From the NCBI GenBank assembly GCA_963828125.1, contig CAWHDP010000002.1:1504001-1568000 (forward strand): DNA of 64,000 bases. The letters are read 5' to 3'. A program made the position numbers and the translations under genes. This stretch comes from an uncultured Chlamydiae bacterium. GTDB taxonomy: Bacteria > Chlamydiota > Chlamydiia > Chlamydiales > SM23-39. The notes beneath the pieces are model-generated. The model was not told the origin of the DNA and did not search any database. It saw only the letters and a program-made list of their open reading frames with translations. Shown here in pieces: positions 1 through 11,200 of the stretch. Numbering within the stretch: the stretch's first letter is position 1; each line of letters starts with the position of its first letter.

Positions 1-637
1 GGGCGCATCGAATTTGTGAATCGGGGAAAAGTTGCATGCGGTTTATGCCAAATAAGAGAATGCCTCCATTACTCGGATATTTTTTACCGCTTCGAGATGT
101 CTCTACCCCTAAATTTTCAAGCGCTTGCGCTGTTGGCCGTTTCCCAACCCACTCAAAAACATTCTTCATGATTTCCATATCAAGCTGTCCTTGTGGATGA
201 GGAAGCTCATCATAAGAAACTTTCTTGGCCAAAAGACGCAGAGAATCGAGCATCTCAACATCAACCGCGCGATTTGTAGACCCGAATCGCACGTAGACAC
301 CTCGTTCAGGTCCTTCAGCTTTCAAATAATAAGGGCCTACGCTATGCGCTACTCGAATAACCAATAATTCTTTTCCGCGAATAGACTGGACCTCTATATC
401 AGGCGTCAGAAGGGGAAGGATGCTGTCGGTAATTGCATTAGCCAGCCGCTCTTCTTCAGAGAGGATATTCGGTAGGCCTACAATTTCTTTGGTCTTATCC
501 TTTATTCCAACGATAATCGTACCTCCAGCACTATTCGCAAAGGCAACAACCGTCTTCATAATTCCCCCTAAAGAACGGGTCGTCTCCTTGAACTCAATAG
601 TTTTGCCTTCGTTTTCGGCTAGTAGTTGCTCAATCAT
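1..637 (-). CDS. AlbA_2 (Schlafen-like) DNA-binding domain / ATP-binding protein, truncated by the window edge
   Basis: Manual translation from ATG at 637: MIEQLLAENEGKTIEFKETTRSLGGIMKTVVAFANSAGGTIIVGIKD..., with the E..EFKE and AFAN..GG.I..G motifs. The frame runs off position 1, so it is absent from the ORF track. Confidence 0.85.
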   Translation of the reverse strand, partial: MIEQLLAENEGKTIEFKETTRSLGGIMKTVVAFANSAGGTIIVGIKDKTKEIVGLPNILSEEERLANAITDSILPLLTPDIEVQSIRGKELLVIRVAHSVGPYYLKAEGPERGVYVRFGSTNRAVDVEMLDSLRLLAKKVSYDELPHPQGQLDMEIMKNVFEWVGKRPTAQALENLGVETSRSGKKYPSNGGILLFGINRMQLFPDSQIRCA

Positions 638-903
638 ATGGGATTTATGGTACCACAGCTATGCATTTTACTGTGCAGCGCTATGCATAAAAAAACTGCA
701 CAGCTTCCGCAAGCAGCTAACAACAAGCATGTTATGAGAAATGAATAACCTTGGGGTATTTCTAACCCAGCCGCGGCAAACAAAATAAGAGGAATATGAT
801 GCCACATCAAGATTTTAGTGGCTAGTCAAAGACAGGTGGCATTCGACGTAATCGCAGCTATTTGACCTTCCAGCACTTCTCAACAACAGCGCTCTTCCGA
901 GAC

Positions 904-1056
904 GGATCGCTTGAAAGCGGGCTCAACTCGAACTTGGTTGCTGTGAGCGGTGGGGCTGGTCAGTTTGCCATTTTTATCCGTGGGCATTGCTGGGTTCATG
1001 AAGAACGGTATTATCAAAAAATTATTGCATCTCAAGCAGCTTCCAAGACTTTTTGA
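904..1056 (+). pseudogene. IS66-like transposase remnant
   Basis: GSLESGLNSNLVAVSGGAGQFAIFIRGHCWVHEER resembles the SDDAGQF....HALCWxHAER segment of IS66-type transposases; the acidic residues are lost. Confidence 0.6.
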
Positions 1057-1146
1057 GAGATTACTTTTAGTGGATTTTCAGTAAAGTTTGCGTTATATTC
1101 ACAACCTTGTTACCATGCTCGCATAATTTTTGTTTTGAGGTTAATC

Positions 1147-2469
1147 ATGAGTGCAATAGGTAGGGTTCCTCCTTTTGAGTTTCAATTCCTAACATTGGGT
1201 GATCCCGCTGTCAGCCCAACACTTCGATCTTGGGCCGATAAAAAAAAGGGAGATCCAGAGTACAACTTTCGACTAGAGGCGGCTGAAAAAATCGGAGAAT
1301 GCTATGCTGACAAGTCTGTATTATTAGATCTTAGCAGATTAAACCTCACCGCGCTCCCGCCTGAAATAGGGGAGCTCCAAAATTTAACAGAGCTCAAATT
1401 GTGGAAAAACAAGCTCACCGCGCTCCCGCCTGAAATAGGGAAGCTCCGAAATCTAACAACTCTCGACCTCGAAGGAAACCAGCTCACCGCGCTCCCGCCT
1501 GAAATAGGGGAGCTCCAAAATTTAACAGAGCTCCAGCTGTCTCTAAACAAGTTCGCCACGTTCCCCCCTGAAATAGGGAAGTTGCGAAATCTACAAAATC
1601 TTCGCCTGAACTCGAACCAGCTCACCGTGCTCCCGCGTGAAATAGAGGAGCTCCGAAATCTAACAAATCTCGACCTGTGGGGAAATGAGCTCACCGTGCT
1701 CCCCCGTGAAATAGGGAAACTCCGCAATCTACAAAATCTTCTCCTGAACGCGAACCGGCTCACCGTGCTCCCGTCTGAAATAGAGGAGCTCCGAAATCTA
1801 ACAACTCTCCACCTCGCAGGAAACCAGCTCACCGCGCTCCCGCCTGAAATAGGGAAACTCCAAAATTTAACAGAGCTCACCCTGTTTCAAAACCAGCTCA
1901 CCGTGCTCCCCCGTGAAATAGGGGGACTCCGAAATCTAACAAATCTCCTCCTGCAAGAAAACCGCCTCACCGCACTCCCGTCTGAAATAGGGGAGCTCCG
2001 AAATCTAACAACTCTCCACCTCGAAGAAAACCAGCTCACCGCGCTCCCGCCTGAAATAGGGAAGCTCCAAAATTTAATGAGGCTCTTCCTGCAAGGAAAC
2101 CAACTCACCATGCTCCCGTCTGAAATAGGGGGACTCCGAAATCTAGGAGAGCTCGATCTGCAAGGAAACCAACTCACCATGCTCCCGTCTGAAATAGGGG
2201 GACTCCGAAATCTAGGAGAGCTCGATCTGCAAAGAAACCAACTCACCGTGCTCCCGTCTGAAATAGGGGGACTCCGAAATCTAAGAGAGCTCTTCCTGCA
2301 AGGAAACCAACTCACCGTGCTCCCGTCTGAAATAGGGGAGCTCCGAACAAAGTTATATCTGAAAGGAAACCCGGAGCTCCTCCTGTTGATTAAAAAGTGT
2401 CTCTCACTGGTAGATGGCTTTCAGGATATACGACAAGTGGTCAACGCCTTCGAATCCCAGAAGGACTGA
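1147..2469 (+). CDS. Leucine-rich repeat protein (14 full 23-aa repeats plus a partial one), putative secreted effector
   Basis: Repeat LTxLPxEIGxLxNLxxLxLxxNx; N-cap R.EAAEKI.EC....LDLS.L resembles YopM/SspH-type LRR caps. ATG at 1147. Confidence 0.9.
   Translation: MSAIGRVPPFEFQFLTLGDPAVSPTLRSWADKKKGDPEYNFRLEAAEKIGECYADKSVLLDLSRLNLTALPPEIGELQNLTELKLWKNKLTALPPEIGKLRNLTTLDLEGNQLTALPPEIGELQNLTELQLSLNKFATFPPEIGKLRNLQNLRLNSNQLTVLPREIEELRNLTNLDLWGNELTVLPREIGKLRNLQNLLLNANRLTVLPSEIEELRNLTTLHLAGNQLTALPPEIGKLQNLTELTLFQNQLTVLPREIGGLRNLTNLLLQENRLTALPSEIGELRNLTTLHLEENQLTALPPEIGKLQNLMRLFLQGNQLTMLPSEIGGLRNLGELDLQGNQLTMLPSEIGGLRNLGELDLQRNQLTVLPSEIGGLRNLRELFLQGNQLTVLPSEIGELRTKLYLKGNPELLLLIKKCLSLVDGFQDIRQVVNAFESQKD
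1345..2345 (+). repeat. 69-bp coding tandem repeat array
   Basis: CTCACCG(C/T)GCTCCCG..TGAAATAGGG recurs every 69 bp from 1345 to 2311. Confidence 0.95.
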
Positions 2470-2541
2470 AAATTCCAAGTCAGCAGCGTCTTTAGTTCCC
2501 GCGCATAGTCAGTTGGGAACTTCTCAATTTAAGGAAGCAGT

Positions 2542-2682
2542 ATGCAACTTTTTGAATGTCTCAAAAGCATCCCCGACCCACGTAAAAAGCGCGGGATTCG
2601 TCCGGTGGCGGCCTTGGCTACAGCTTCTAAGAAAATTGAAATTCTTGCACATCAATTTGGGGGTTTGTTATACCGAAAATGA
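2542..2682 (+). pseudogene. ISAs1-family transposase N-terminal remnant
   Basis: SD AAGGAAG followed by MQLFECLKSIPDPRKKRGIR, the typical IPDPR..RG.R start; similarity is lost after about 20 codons. Confidence 0.65.
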
Positions 2683-2702
2683 CCCAAGAAAGGGGGGGAT
2701 CT

Positions 2703-5000
2703 ATGAGTCTTGTAAGATGGGTCGCGTTGAGCGGGGCCTTCGCAGCTATGATCACAGGTGGAACCGTCATCGCCTCAAATAAAGGCGTGGTGCTGCTGGG
2801 CGGAGAAAACAATACGAATCGAAGCGGCCCTCCCATCGCTTACCTCTTCTCGGCGAATGGGCAGGCGTCCCTTTTGCCTCCTGCCGCTTTTCCCGATGGC
2901 GGATATATATATAGCGTTGCGATTACTGATAGTGGGGCTGGCCTCATCGGAGGGATGAATTTCGGCGGCGTCCAGCCTCCCATCGCCTATCTCCTCTCTC
3001 CGAGTGGAACTATAACATCGCTTTTAGATGCATCGGCGTTCCCAAACGGCGGATTCATCTATAGCGTGGCTATGGCGCAAACGGGCGAAGGGATCATCGG
3101 CGGACAGAATAGCGCCGGCCCCCCAATCGCCTCTTTCGTCTCCTCAAATGGAACGTTGACTCCCATCGTATTGGAGGGAGATTCTATGTATTCCTCATCT
3201 GCATTGATGAATAACGTTGCTATCGCGAGCAGCGGCATTGGAATCCTTGGAGGACAGAGCGACGTCTCTCCGACTCCTCCGCTCTCTTATTCAGTGGCTT
3301 CCGATGCGGTTGCATCGTTTTTGGGACCCCCTGAACCCGATTTCCCGAGCGGTGCAGGGATCCTCAGCGTCTCCATTGCCGAGAATGGCGCTGCCCTGCT
3401 AGGGGGAATTAATTATGGCAGCGGCCCTCCAATATTGTATCGGCTCTATCCAGATGGAACTTTTACCAATCTTTCCACTGCAACCGGCCTCCCTGCGTCA
3501 GGATATATTAACAGCGTTTCAATTGCAGAAAATGGGATGGGTCTCATCGGAGGAACGGGGCCTACTTACCCGATCGCCTGCTTTGTCGCGCCAGATGGAG
3601 CGCTCACCGTTCTTGGAAGTGGAATCTTTCCTGCCGGAAGCATTTACAGTGTTGCCATCAACAATAGCTGTGCGGGAATCATCGGCGGACAGAGTGGCGC
3701 CGGGGAACAACCCCCGATCGCCTATCTCGTAGCTCCAAACGGCGCTCTTACAACTCTTGGCGATGGGGTTTTCCCTCCCAGTGGGGTCATCAATAGCGTA
3801 GCAATCAGTGAAAGTGGGGTCGGATTGATCGGAGGACAGAACAATCCCAATGGGAGCGGCTCTGCCATTGCTTATCTGGTGGCTCCGAACGGAACCCTCA
3901 CATCTCTGAGCTCTAATGGCGCCTTTTCCAGCAGCTCAACGGTCTCTAGCGTCGCCCTCTCCGATGCCATCGCCCCCCAATCCTTCGGCCCCTACAGCAG
4001 CCTGGCCAACGCCCTTTTCGCCCTCACCCATACCCTCGAAGATCATTACACAGGACGGAAAACTTTCTTCAAAAACACAAATGGCGCGCAAATCGCCGAC
4101 CTCGATTTGCTCGCAGGCCGCCGGCTGATTCCCCCGAAAAAGTCACCTCCCCCAAAACCCTGCCCCATCTGGAGCGTTTGGGGAGGCCCTTTTGGCGCCT
4201 TGATTTACCAAGACGCAAAGAAGGCCATACCAGCCTTCAGCGATGAAATAGCGGGTGTAATTGCGGCTGCCGAGTACAATGGGATCAAAAACGTCGCAAT
4301 CGGCGGCGGTCTCGCCTACGCTTTCACGTTCGTCAATTACAAAGAGAGCGTCGGCCACGCCTCGATCAACCAAGAATATGCCCTCATCTACGCCAATTTC
4401 AATCGCCCCTATTTCTTTTTCAATGCGGCTCTCTGGGGCGGCCTCTATCAACTCAGCAATAAGCGGCATACCCTCGGCTTCATCACCTCCACTTCAAACC
4501 CTAAGGGTTGGCTCTTATCGCCCCACGTAGAGTTGAGTACGCCTTTTCTTGTCAAAGGAGACTGGTTTGGCGTCGATCCATTTGCCATGGTCGATTGGGC
4601 CAATAGCTGGCAAGATTCGTTCCGCGAAAAAGGGAGATCGGGACTCAACATCTCCCTCAATAGCCAATACTCCTCCCTCCTCCGCAGCGAAATAGGCGTC
4701 CGCTTCTATGAAACCCTCAAATATGGCTGGGGTTGTCTCAAAATCGAGGAAAAAGCAAGCTACGTCAATAAAGCGCCTTTCCACACAGATCCAGGAACAG
4801 CCGCTTTCATAGGCGCCTTTTCTTCATTTGGCGTTGAGACCTTTAGTAGCTCCGTCCAAAATTTGGGTTTAGCGCAAATCGCATTCCACTTCACCCCTTC
4901 CCATCCGAAGTATCCCTATGGCTCAATCGACTATCAGGGCGAGTTCGGCTCTTCCTTTCAATCGCACCTTCTCGTGTTAGAGCTCGGACAATCTTTTTAA
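2703..5000 (+). CDS. Autotransporter with ~50-aa repeat passenger and C-terminal beta-barrel
   Basis: Hydrophobic N-terminus; repeats SVAI...G.GLIGG...PIAYLV.P.G.LT.L; C-terminal ~290 aa of amphipathic strands ending in F (LELGQSF). Confidence 0.85.
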   Translation: MSLVRWVALSGAFAAMITGGTVIASNKGVVLLGGENNTNRSGPPIAYLFSANGQASLLPPAAFPDGGYIYSVAITDSGAGLIGGMNFGGVQPPIAYLLSPSGTITSLLDASAFPNGGFIYSVAMAQTGEGIIGGQNSAGPPIASFVSSNGTLTPIVLEGDSMYSSSALMNNVAIASSGIGILGGQSDVSPTPPLSYSVASDAVASFLGPPEPDFPSGAGILSVSIAENGAALLGGINYGSGPPILYRLYPDGTFTNLSTATGLPASGYINSVSIAENGMGLIGGTGPTYPIACFVAPDGALTVLGSGIFPAGSIYSVAINNSCAGIIGGQSGAGEQPPIAYLVAPNGALTTLGDGVFPPSGVINSVAISESGVGLIGGQNNPNGSGSAIAYLVAPNGTLTSLSSNGAFSSSSTVSSVALSDAIAPQSFGPYSSLANALFALTHTLEDHYTGRKTFFKNTNGAQIADLDLLAGRRLIPPKKSPPPKPCPIWSVWGGPFGALIYQDAKKAIPAFSDEIAGVIAAAEYNGIKNVAIGGGLAYAFTFVNYKESVGHASINQEYALIYANFNRPYFFFNAALWGGLYQLSNKRHTLGFITSTSNPKGWLLSPHVELSTPFLVKGDWFGVDPFAMVDWANSWQDSFREKGRSGLNISLNSQYSSLLRSEIGVRFYETLKYGWGCLKIEEKASYVNKAPFHTDPGTAAFIGAFSSFGVETFSSSVQNLGLAQIAFHFTPSHPKYPYGSIDYQGEFGSSFQSHLLVLELGQSF

Positions 5001-5013
5001 CTCGAATTTTAAA

Positions 5014-5061
5014 TATACTGCGGCCACCCCAAAAATGTGAATTTGGGGTGGCCGCAGTGTA
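5014..5061. repeat. Palindromic element family A, 48-bp short form
   Basis: TATACTGCGGCCACCCCAAA-AATGTGAA-TTTGGGGTGGCCGCAGTGTA. Confidence 0.9.
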
Positions 5062-5115
5062 GCCAAAGCCAAAAAGAGGCAAAAAAAAAGCCCGCCTGTT
5101 ACACTTGGCGCCTGT

Positions 5116-5586
5116 ATGGATGGAAAACCGAAAGAAGGTTCAGTGGAGTCGCTCGTCGATGCTTTGCGTCTCCTCCTGATGGGAAGGAAAGCCAGCACTC
5201 AAGAGGCGATCTGTTCCGCCTTGGAAAAATTGGGATACGAAATCAACCAAACTAAGGTCTCTAGATTGCTCCGCAAGATCGGCGCGATCAAGATCGAAAA
5301 CGAACACGGGCAAACAGTCTATTCGCTCCCTCGCGAACCCGCTCCCCCCTCAATGAATACTCAAATTAGAGATTTGATCGTCAATATAGTGGCCAATGAG
5401 GCTTTAGTCGTTATTTTCACAAGCCCCGGATCTGCCTCAATGGTCGCGCGGGTTCTCGATTACAACCAGATCACCACCGAAATTCTCGGAACCATTGCTG
5501 GAGACGACACGATCTTTGTCGCCCCCAAAACAATCAAAGATATCCGAAAATTAACGGAAGAAATCAAGGGCTTACTCCAAAAATAG
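5116..5586 (+). CDS. argR: Arginine repressor
   Basis: TQEAI...L...GYEINQTKVSRLL winged-HTH; GTIAGDDTIFV arginine-binding motif. Confidence 0.95.
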   Translation: MDGKPKEGSVESLVDALRLLLMGRKASTQEAICSALEKLGYEINQTKVSRLLRKIGAIKIENEHGQTVYSLPREPAPPSMNTQIRDLIVNIVANEALVVIFTSPGSASMVARVLDYNQITTEILGTIAGDDTIFVAPKTIKDIRKLTEEIKGLLQK

Positions 5587-7014
5587 CGTTTCCTCAACTG
5601 TAGACAGCAGCTTCTCCTTCTCTATCAGCCAAGCAGCGACTTTTTCAGCTTTGATCGCATGCAAAGCAAACTGCCTATTGACCTGATTAGACGAGGTGCC
5701 CCCTTGGCTATCCCTTGTATTGACAATCCTTCTCAAATCGAGCATGGCCGCCACATCTTCAGCAAAAAGGGGAGAAAAATCTTGCAGTTCTCGCAAAGAG
5801 AGTTCTTCCAGTTTCCGATCGCTATCCAAACAATATCGGACAACCTTCCCCACAATCGCGTGCGCCTCCCTAAATGGAACGCCTTTCAAAGAGAGATAAT
5901 CGGCAAGTTCAGTAGCATTTAAAAGCCCCTCCTGAGTGGCCTGGAGCATTTTATCCGGCCGGACATGAAGGGTTTCTATCACTCCCCGGTAAATGCAGAG
6001 CGATGATTCAAGAGTCTTTACAGTATCAAAAAGGGGCTCTTTGTCTTCTTGCATATCTTTATTGTAGGCAAGAGGAAGCCCCTTCAGCAGGGTCAAAGTG
6101 GAGAATAGAGAACCATACACTCTTCCTGTCTTCCCTCTGACAAGTTCGGGTACGTCGGGATTTTTCTTCTGCGGCATAATACTGCTCCCAGTACAATAAG
6201 CGTCGTCCAGTTCGATAAAAGCAAACTCTTGACTGCACCAGAGGATCATCTCTTCGCTCAGGCGAGAAAGATGAGCCATGATCAGCGCCCCATGCGCTAG
6301 AAACTCGACGCAAAAATCGCGGTCGCTCACTGCATCGATACTATTTTCATAAAGAGAGTCAAATTTGAGAAGATCGGCCACCAGCCCTCGATCGATCGGC
6401 AGCCCTGTCCCCGCCAACGCACAAGCTCCAAGGGGCAGTTGATTGATGCGAGGCCAGCTCCCGATCAAACGATCCATATCCCGCCCCAAGCTCGCCGCAT
6501 AAGCCAATAGATGGTGGGCAAAAAGGATCGGTTGGGCCCGCTGAAGATGGGTGTATCCAGGCATCATCACATCGATGTTCTCCTTGGCTTTTTGCACCAG
6601 CGCTTCGGATAAGCCTTGCAAGAGAGAGACGACCCTTACGACTTTAGCCCTTAAATAAAGATGGAGATCCAATGCGACCTGATCGTTCCGGCTTCTCGCC
6701 GTATGCACTTTCCCAGCCAAAGGGCCGATGAGCGCCTTCAGCTCCTGCTCTATCTTCATATGGATATCTTCATCTGCCGCTGCAAAGGAGACGGCCCCTT
6801 GAGAAAGACGGTCTCTGATTTCGATGAGCCCTTTTTTGATTTTTTGGGCCTCTTCAAGGGTCAAAATCCCAACAGCTCCCAGCATTTGCACATGGGCCAC
6901 CCCCCCCAGAATGTCCAGACTGGCCAGTTCGCAATCAAAAAAGATCGAAGCGGTAAACGCCTCGACCTGAGACTGTGTCGCTTTCGTGAATCTTCCGTCC
7001 CAGGCTTTAGCCAT
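5572..7014 (-). CDS. argH: Argininosuccinate lyase
   Basis: WDGRF, HTARSRNDQVA, GSSIMPQKKNPD. Confidence 0.97.
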   Translation of the reverse strand: MAKAWDGRFTKATQSQVEAFTASIFFDCELASLDILGGVAHVQMLGAVGILTLEEAQKIKKGLIEIRDRLSQGAVSFAAADEDIHMKIEQELKALIGPLAGKVHTARSRNDQVALDLHLYLRAKVVRVVSLLQGLSEALVQKAKENIDVMMPGYTHLQRAQPILFAHHLLAYAASLGRDMDRLIGSWPRINQLPLGACALAGTGLPIDRGLVADLLKFDSLYENSIDAVSDRDFCVEFLAHGALIMAHLSRLSEEMILWCSQEFAFIELDDAYCTGSSIMPQKKNPDVPELVRGKTGRVYGSLFSTLTLLKGLPLAYNKDMQEDKEPLFDTVKTLESSLCIYRGVIETLHVRPDKMLQATQEGLLNATELADYLSLKGVPFREAHAIVGKVVRYCLDSDRKLEELSLRELQDFSPLFAEDVAAMLDLRRIVNTRDSQGGTSSNQVNRQFALHAIKAEKVAAWLIEKEKLLSTVEETLFLE

Positions 7015-8221
7015 ACTGGGCTCCCGCAATCAACCTTAAAGCGTTTAATTTGATAAACCCTTTAGCGTCTGTCTGATCATACCCAAGGGTCTCCTCCATG
7101 CTCGCCATTTGCGGCTGATAGAGAGAATAAGGCGAACTACGCCCAGTCACAATCACATTTCCTTTATAGAGAGTAAGAAAAACCTTGCCAGCCACCCTCT
7201 TCTGACTCTGGTGAACCGCTGCCATGAGAAAATCCATTTCAGGACTAAACCAAAATCCATTGTAGATGATCTGCGCGATTTTGGGAGCGAGGGTCTCTTT
7301 CAGAAGAATCACCTCCCTATCCAGAGTCATCCCTTCCAAATCCAAATGGGCTTTGAGGAGAATCGTCCCGCCAGGAGTCTCATACGCTCCACGCGATTTC
7401 ATCCCAACAAATCGACTTTCCACAAGATCCACTCTCCCAATCCCATGCCTTCCTCCTACCTCATTGAGATATTTGAACAGTTCCACAGAACCTACGATCT
7501 TTGCCCCTGTTCCCATCTCTTCCACCGAAATCGGATTTCCCCCTTGAAACTCAATCGCGATTTTCATCGCTTCATCGGGGGTATTTTCTAGCGAAACCGT
7601 CTTGAGAAACATCTCCTCCGAAGGAGTGTACATCGGGTCTTCCAGTTTTCCTCCCTCAAAACTGGTGTGCATCAGATTCGCATCAATGCTGTACGGCTTT
7701 TCCAAAGTAGAGGTGACAGAAATGCCATGGGCGCTCGCGTATTTTAACAGATCGCCCCTTCCCGAAAATTGCGCTAAAAATTCCCGATCTTTCCAGGGGC
7801 TAATGATCTCTGCGTGAGGAAGGTGCGTCAAAAGGGTCAGCTCAAAGCGCACCTGATCATTTCCTTTCCCCGTCGCCCCGTGTGCAAAGGATGCGATCTT
7901 TTCCCGTTCCGCAAGCTCCACTAATTTCTTCGCAATCAAAGGCCTTGCCAAAGCGGTGCCTAACAGATATTTCCCCTCATAAACAGCATGCGCCTTCAGA
8001 GAAGGAAAAATAAAATCTTCCACAAATTCTTTTTGCAAATTGGCAATATGAACCTCCGACGCCCCTACGGCAAAAGCCTTCTTCTTCGCCGCCTCTAAAT
8101 CCTCCTCTTGCCCCACATCAGCAATGAAACAGACGACATCGTAACCTTTCGTTGTCAGCCACTTCAAAATGACCGACGTATCGAGCCCGCCGCTATAGGC
8201 TAAAATCACTTTCTTCTTCAT
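7007..8221 (-). CDS. argG: Argininosuccinate synthase
   Basis: [35 protein letters not shown]. Confidence 0.97.
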   Translation of the reverse strand: MKKKVILAYSGGLDTSVILKWLTTKGYDVVCFIADVGQEEDLEAAKKKAFAVGASEVHIANLQKEFVEDFIFPSLKAHAVYEGKYLLGTALARPLIAKKLVELAEREKIASFAHGATGKGNDQVRFELTLLTHLPHAEIISPWKDREFLAQFSGRGDLLKYASAHGISVTSTLEKPYSIDANLMHTSFEGGKLEDPMYTPSEEMFLKTVSLENTPDEAMKIAIEFQGGNPISVEEMGTGAKIVGSVELFKYLNEVGGRHGIGRVDLVESRFVGMKSRGAYETPGGTILLKAHLDLEGMTLDREVILLKETLAPKIAQIIYNGFWFSPEMDFLMAAVHQSQKRVAGKVFLTLYKGNVIVTGRSSPYSLYQPQMASMEETLGYDQTDAKGFIKLNALRLIAGAQYG

Positions 8222-11200
8222 TTTTTCCCTCCCATAAGAGCCATGATTAACGCTTTTTGTACATGCAACCGATTTTCACTTTGTTGAAAAATGACCGATT
8301 GGGGTGAATCGGGCAACGTTTCGCTCACCTCTTTTCCCCTGACCATCGGCATACAATGCATGAATATAGCCTCCGGTTTTGCAAGCGCCATGAGCTCTTC
8401 ATTGACTTGAAAACCGGCAAAAAGCTCCTCGTTCGCACCGTTTTCAAACCCCATGCTGGTCCAAACATCTGTATACACTGCGTGAGCGTCTAGAACCGCT
8501 ATATGAGGCGAAGTGTGCTCAGTGATCGATCCCCCTCTTCTAAAAGCCCTCGCTAAAATTTCCGCTTTAGGACCCCGTCCAACGGGACAGCAATAGTGCA
8601 GATGGACGCCCATCATCGGCGCCATGAGGAGAAGACTGTGGAGAATATTGTTCCCGTCCCCGATATAAGTCACTTTAACCCCTTCAAGAGAGCCAAATGT
8701 TTCCTGCAAAGTGAGGAGATCGGCCAAAATCTGGCAAGGATGGTGATCATCCGAAAGGGCGTTGATGATAGGAATAGAGGATACTTTCCCCATGCGGCTT
8801 AAATCTTCGTCGCTATGAGTCCGGATCATAATCCCGTCGCAATACCCCGCAAGCACTCTGACCCAATCTTCAGGTTCCTCTTTCTTTCGATCGCCGCTTA
8901 CACTCTCTATCACCGTACCGCCCAATTCTTGCATCGCCACTGTGAAACTAAATCGGGTCCGCAAAGAGGGTTTCTCGAACAGCATGGCTAAGTGCTTTCC
9001 CTTGAGCGCCAGAGCCGTTTGACCCCCTTTCCTTAAATGTTTCAACTCGCTGGCCAGGTTGAGTAAAGATCGAATTTCGCTAGAGGTGAGCTCCTCTCCG
9101 GTAATGAGATGTTTAGTCGAATGGATCCATTGATTGAGAGATTGCACGCTATGCTCCGATCTGATTATGAATGCTTTTAATAAAGCTGTTGCAGCGCTTG
9201 CCGTCGTGGCATGGCAAATACGCCGTGTGATGGCAAGACGCCTTAACTCTGTCTCCCCTTTGCCGATTGCAATGATCAGTTCAATATCCTTTGCGTCCGG
9301 ATCGAAAGCCTGGCAAGGGATGCCGTGAGTCTGAAGGAACTCTAAAGTGGGAGAGGTTGCATATAAAGTCAGAGGCAGCGCTAAGAGATCGCGCGCCATC
9401 TCAATGCTTATACCACAGCCGAGAAGGGCCCCGCTACCCGGTTTGGGAAGCGGATACCCGGAAGCAATTTGCGCCTTTGCATAGCTTGTAGCAAAATCGC
9501 TATCTAGCCCCATCACCTCTCCTGTCGATTTCATTTCGGGACCCAAAATCGAGTCCACATTGTCAAATTTAGAAAACGGGAAAACAGCCTCCTTGACAGC
9601 AAAATAGGGGAGTACAGGAGGCTCAACATACCCTTGCTCTTTCAAAGAAGTTCCCAATAGACAACGGGTCGCTATTTTGACGAGATCGATCCCAGTCGCT
9701 TTTGAGGTGAAGGGGGCGGTTCGGGAGGCTCTAGGATTGACCTCCAAGACGTAAATCCCGTTGTTCTGAATGGCAAATTGAATATTGAGGAGCCCAACAA
9801 AATGGAGGCCCAAAGCGATCTGCTTCGTCTGTTCCAAAAGCTCTTTTTGCAAGGAGGCAGATAAACTAAAGGGAGGGAGAGAGCAGGCAGAGTCTCCCGA
9901 ATGGATGCCCGCCGGCTCAACATGCTCTAAAATCCCCGGAACATACACGTCGGATCCATCGGATATCGCATCGATATCGACCTCTGTCGCATCCATTAAA
10001 AACCGCTCTATCAGCACCGGCTTTTCAGCAGAGGCTGAAAAAGCCTCCAAAAGACAGCTTTCTAATTCGCCCTCCTGGTTGACAATAGCCATCGCTCGCC
10101 CCCCCAAAACAAAAGAGGGTCTGACAATCAGAGGATAGCCCATCTGCTTCCCAGCAGACAACCCCTCCTCTAATGAATGGACGATCAAGTTGTCCGGCTG
10201 TTTGAGGCCCAAAGTATTTAAAAATTGCTTGAAACTAGCCCGATCTTCTGTTTTTTCAATCCATTCGGACGTCATGCCAAGGAGCGGCACTCCAGCTTTT
10301 ACAAGAGGACCTGTCAAGTTTAAAGGAGTCTGCCCCCCATACTGTACAATCACGCCAAGAGGTTTTTCTATATCGACAATCGCCAAAATATCTTCCGCAG
10401 TCAGTGGAGAGCAGTAGAGCTTGTCTGCGCAATCGTAATCGGTCGAGACCGTTTCCGGATTGCAGTTGACGATGATCGTCTCATAGCCCTCTTCCTTCAA
10501 GGCTTGAATCGCATGCACGCAGCTATAATCAAATTCGATCCCCTGGCCAATTCGGGAAGGTCCGCTCCCTAAAATCATCATCTTAGGGAGATCTGTAGGA
10601 TAGGCCTCGCACTCCTCTTCATAGCTGGAGTAAAGATAAGCGATCGATGTGGCAAATTCAGCAGCGCAAGAATCGATCCGCTTAAACCCAGGGACAATCC
10701 CCCATTCTCCTCTTTTCGCTCTGATCTCCTCTTCGCTACAGCCAGAAAAAATACCGATTTGCACGTCGGAAAAACCCAATTTCTTCAAAGCGCGCAGATC
10801 TTCTTTATCCTCTATTTTTTTCTCCGCCTGGACAAGCTCCTCGATTTGGTGAAGAAACCAAGGATCGATCTGGGTCAAATCGTTGACTTGGGCCAAAGAC
10901 ATCCCCTCTCGAAAAGCATCAAAAATCGCCCAAAGCCTAAAGGGACCCGGAATGTCCAAAGACCGGTGTTTAGGAATCGATCCAACCTCCATGCTTCTCA
11001 TCCCTTTAAGAAGAGCCTCCTGAAACGTCCTTCCGATCGCCATCGCCTCCCCCACAGAGCGCATCTGAGTCCCCAATTTTTCCTCGCAACCTTTGAACTT
11101 CTCAAAATTAAAACGGGGTATTTTAACCACCACATAATCCAGGGTCGGCTCAAAAGAGGCCGGAATCTGATTCCCCGTTAATTCGCTCGAAAGCTCCGGC

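Noticed and set aside
125..737. Plus-strand ORFs of 80 and 105 aa
   Set aside because: Antisense to the AlbA_2 gene on the minus strand.
1302..2315. Antisense ORFs of 192 and 142 aa
   Set aside because: Shadows of the LRR repeat.
1345..2345. Regular repeats as a CRISPR array or DGR target
   Set aside because: The units are in-frame 69-bp coding LRRs without unique spacers; no cas or reverse transcriptase gene is in the window.
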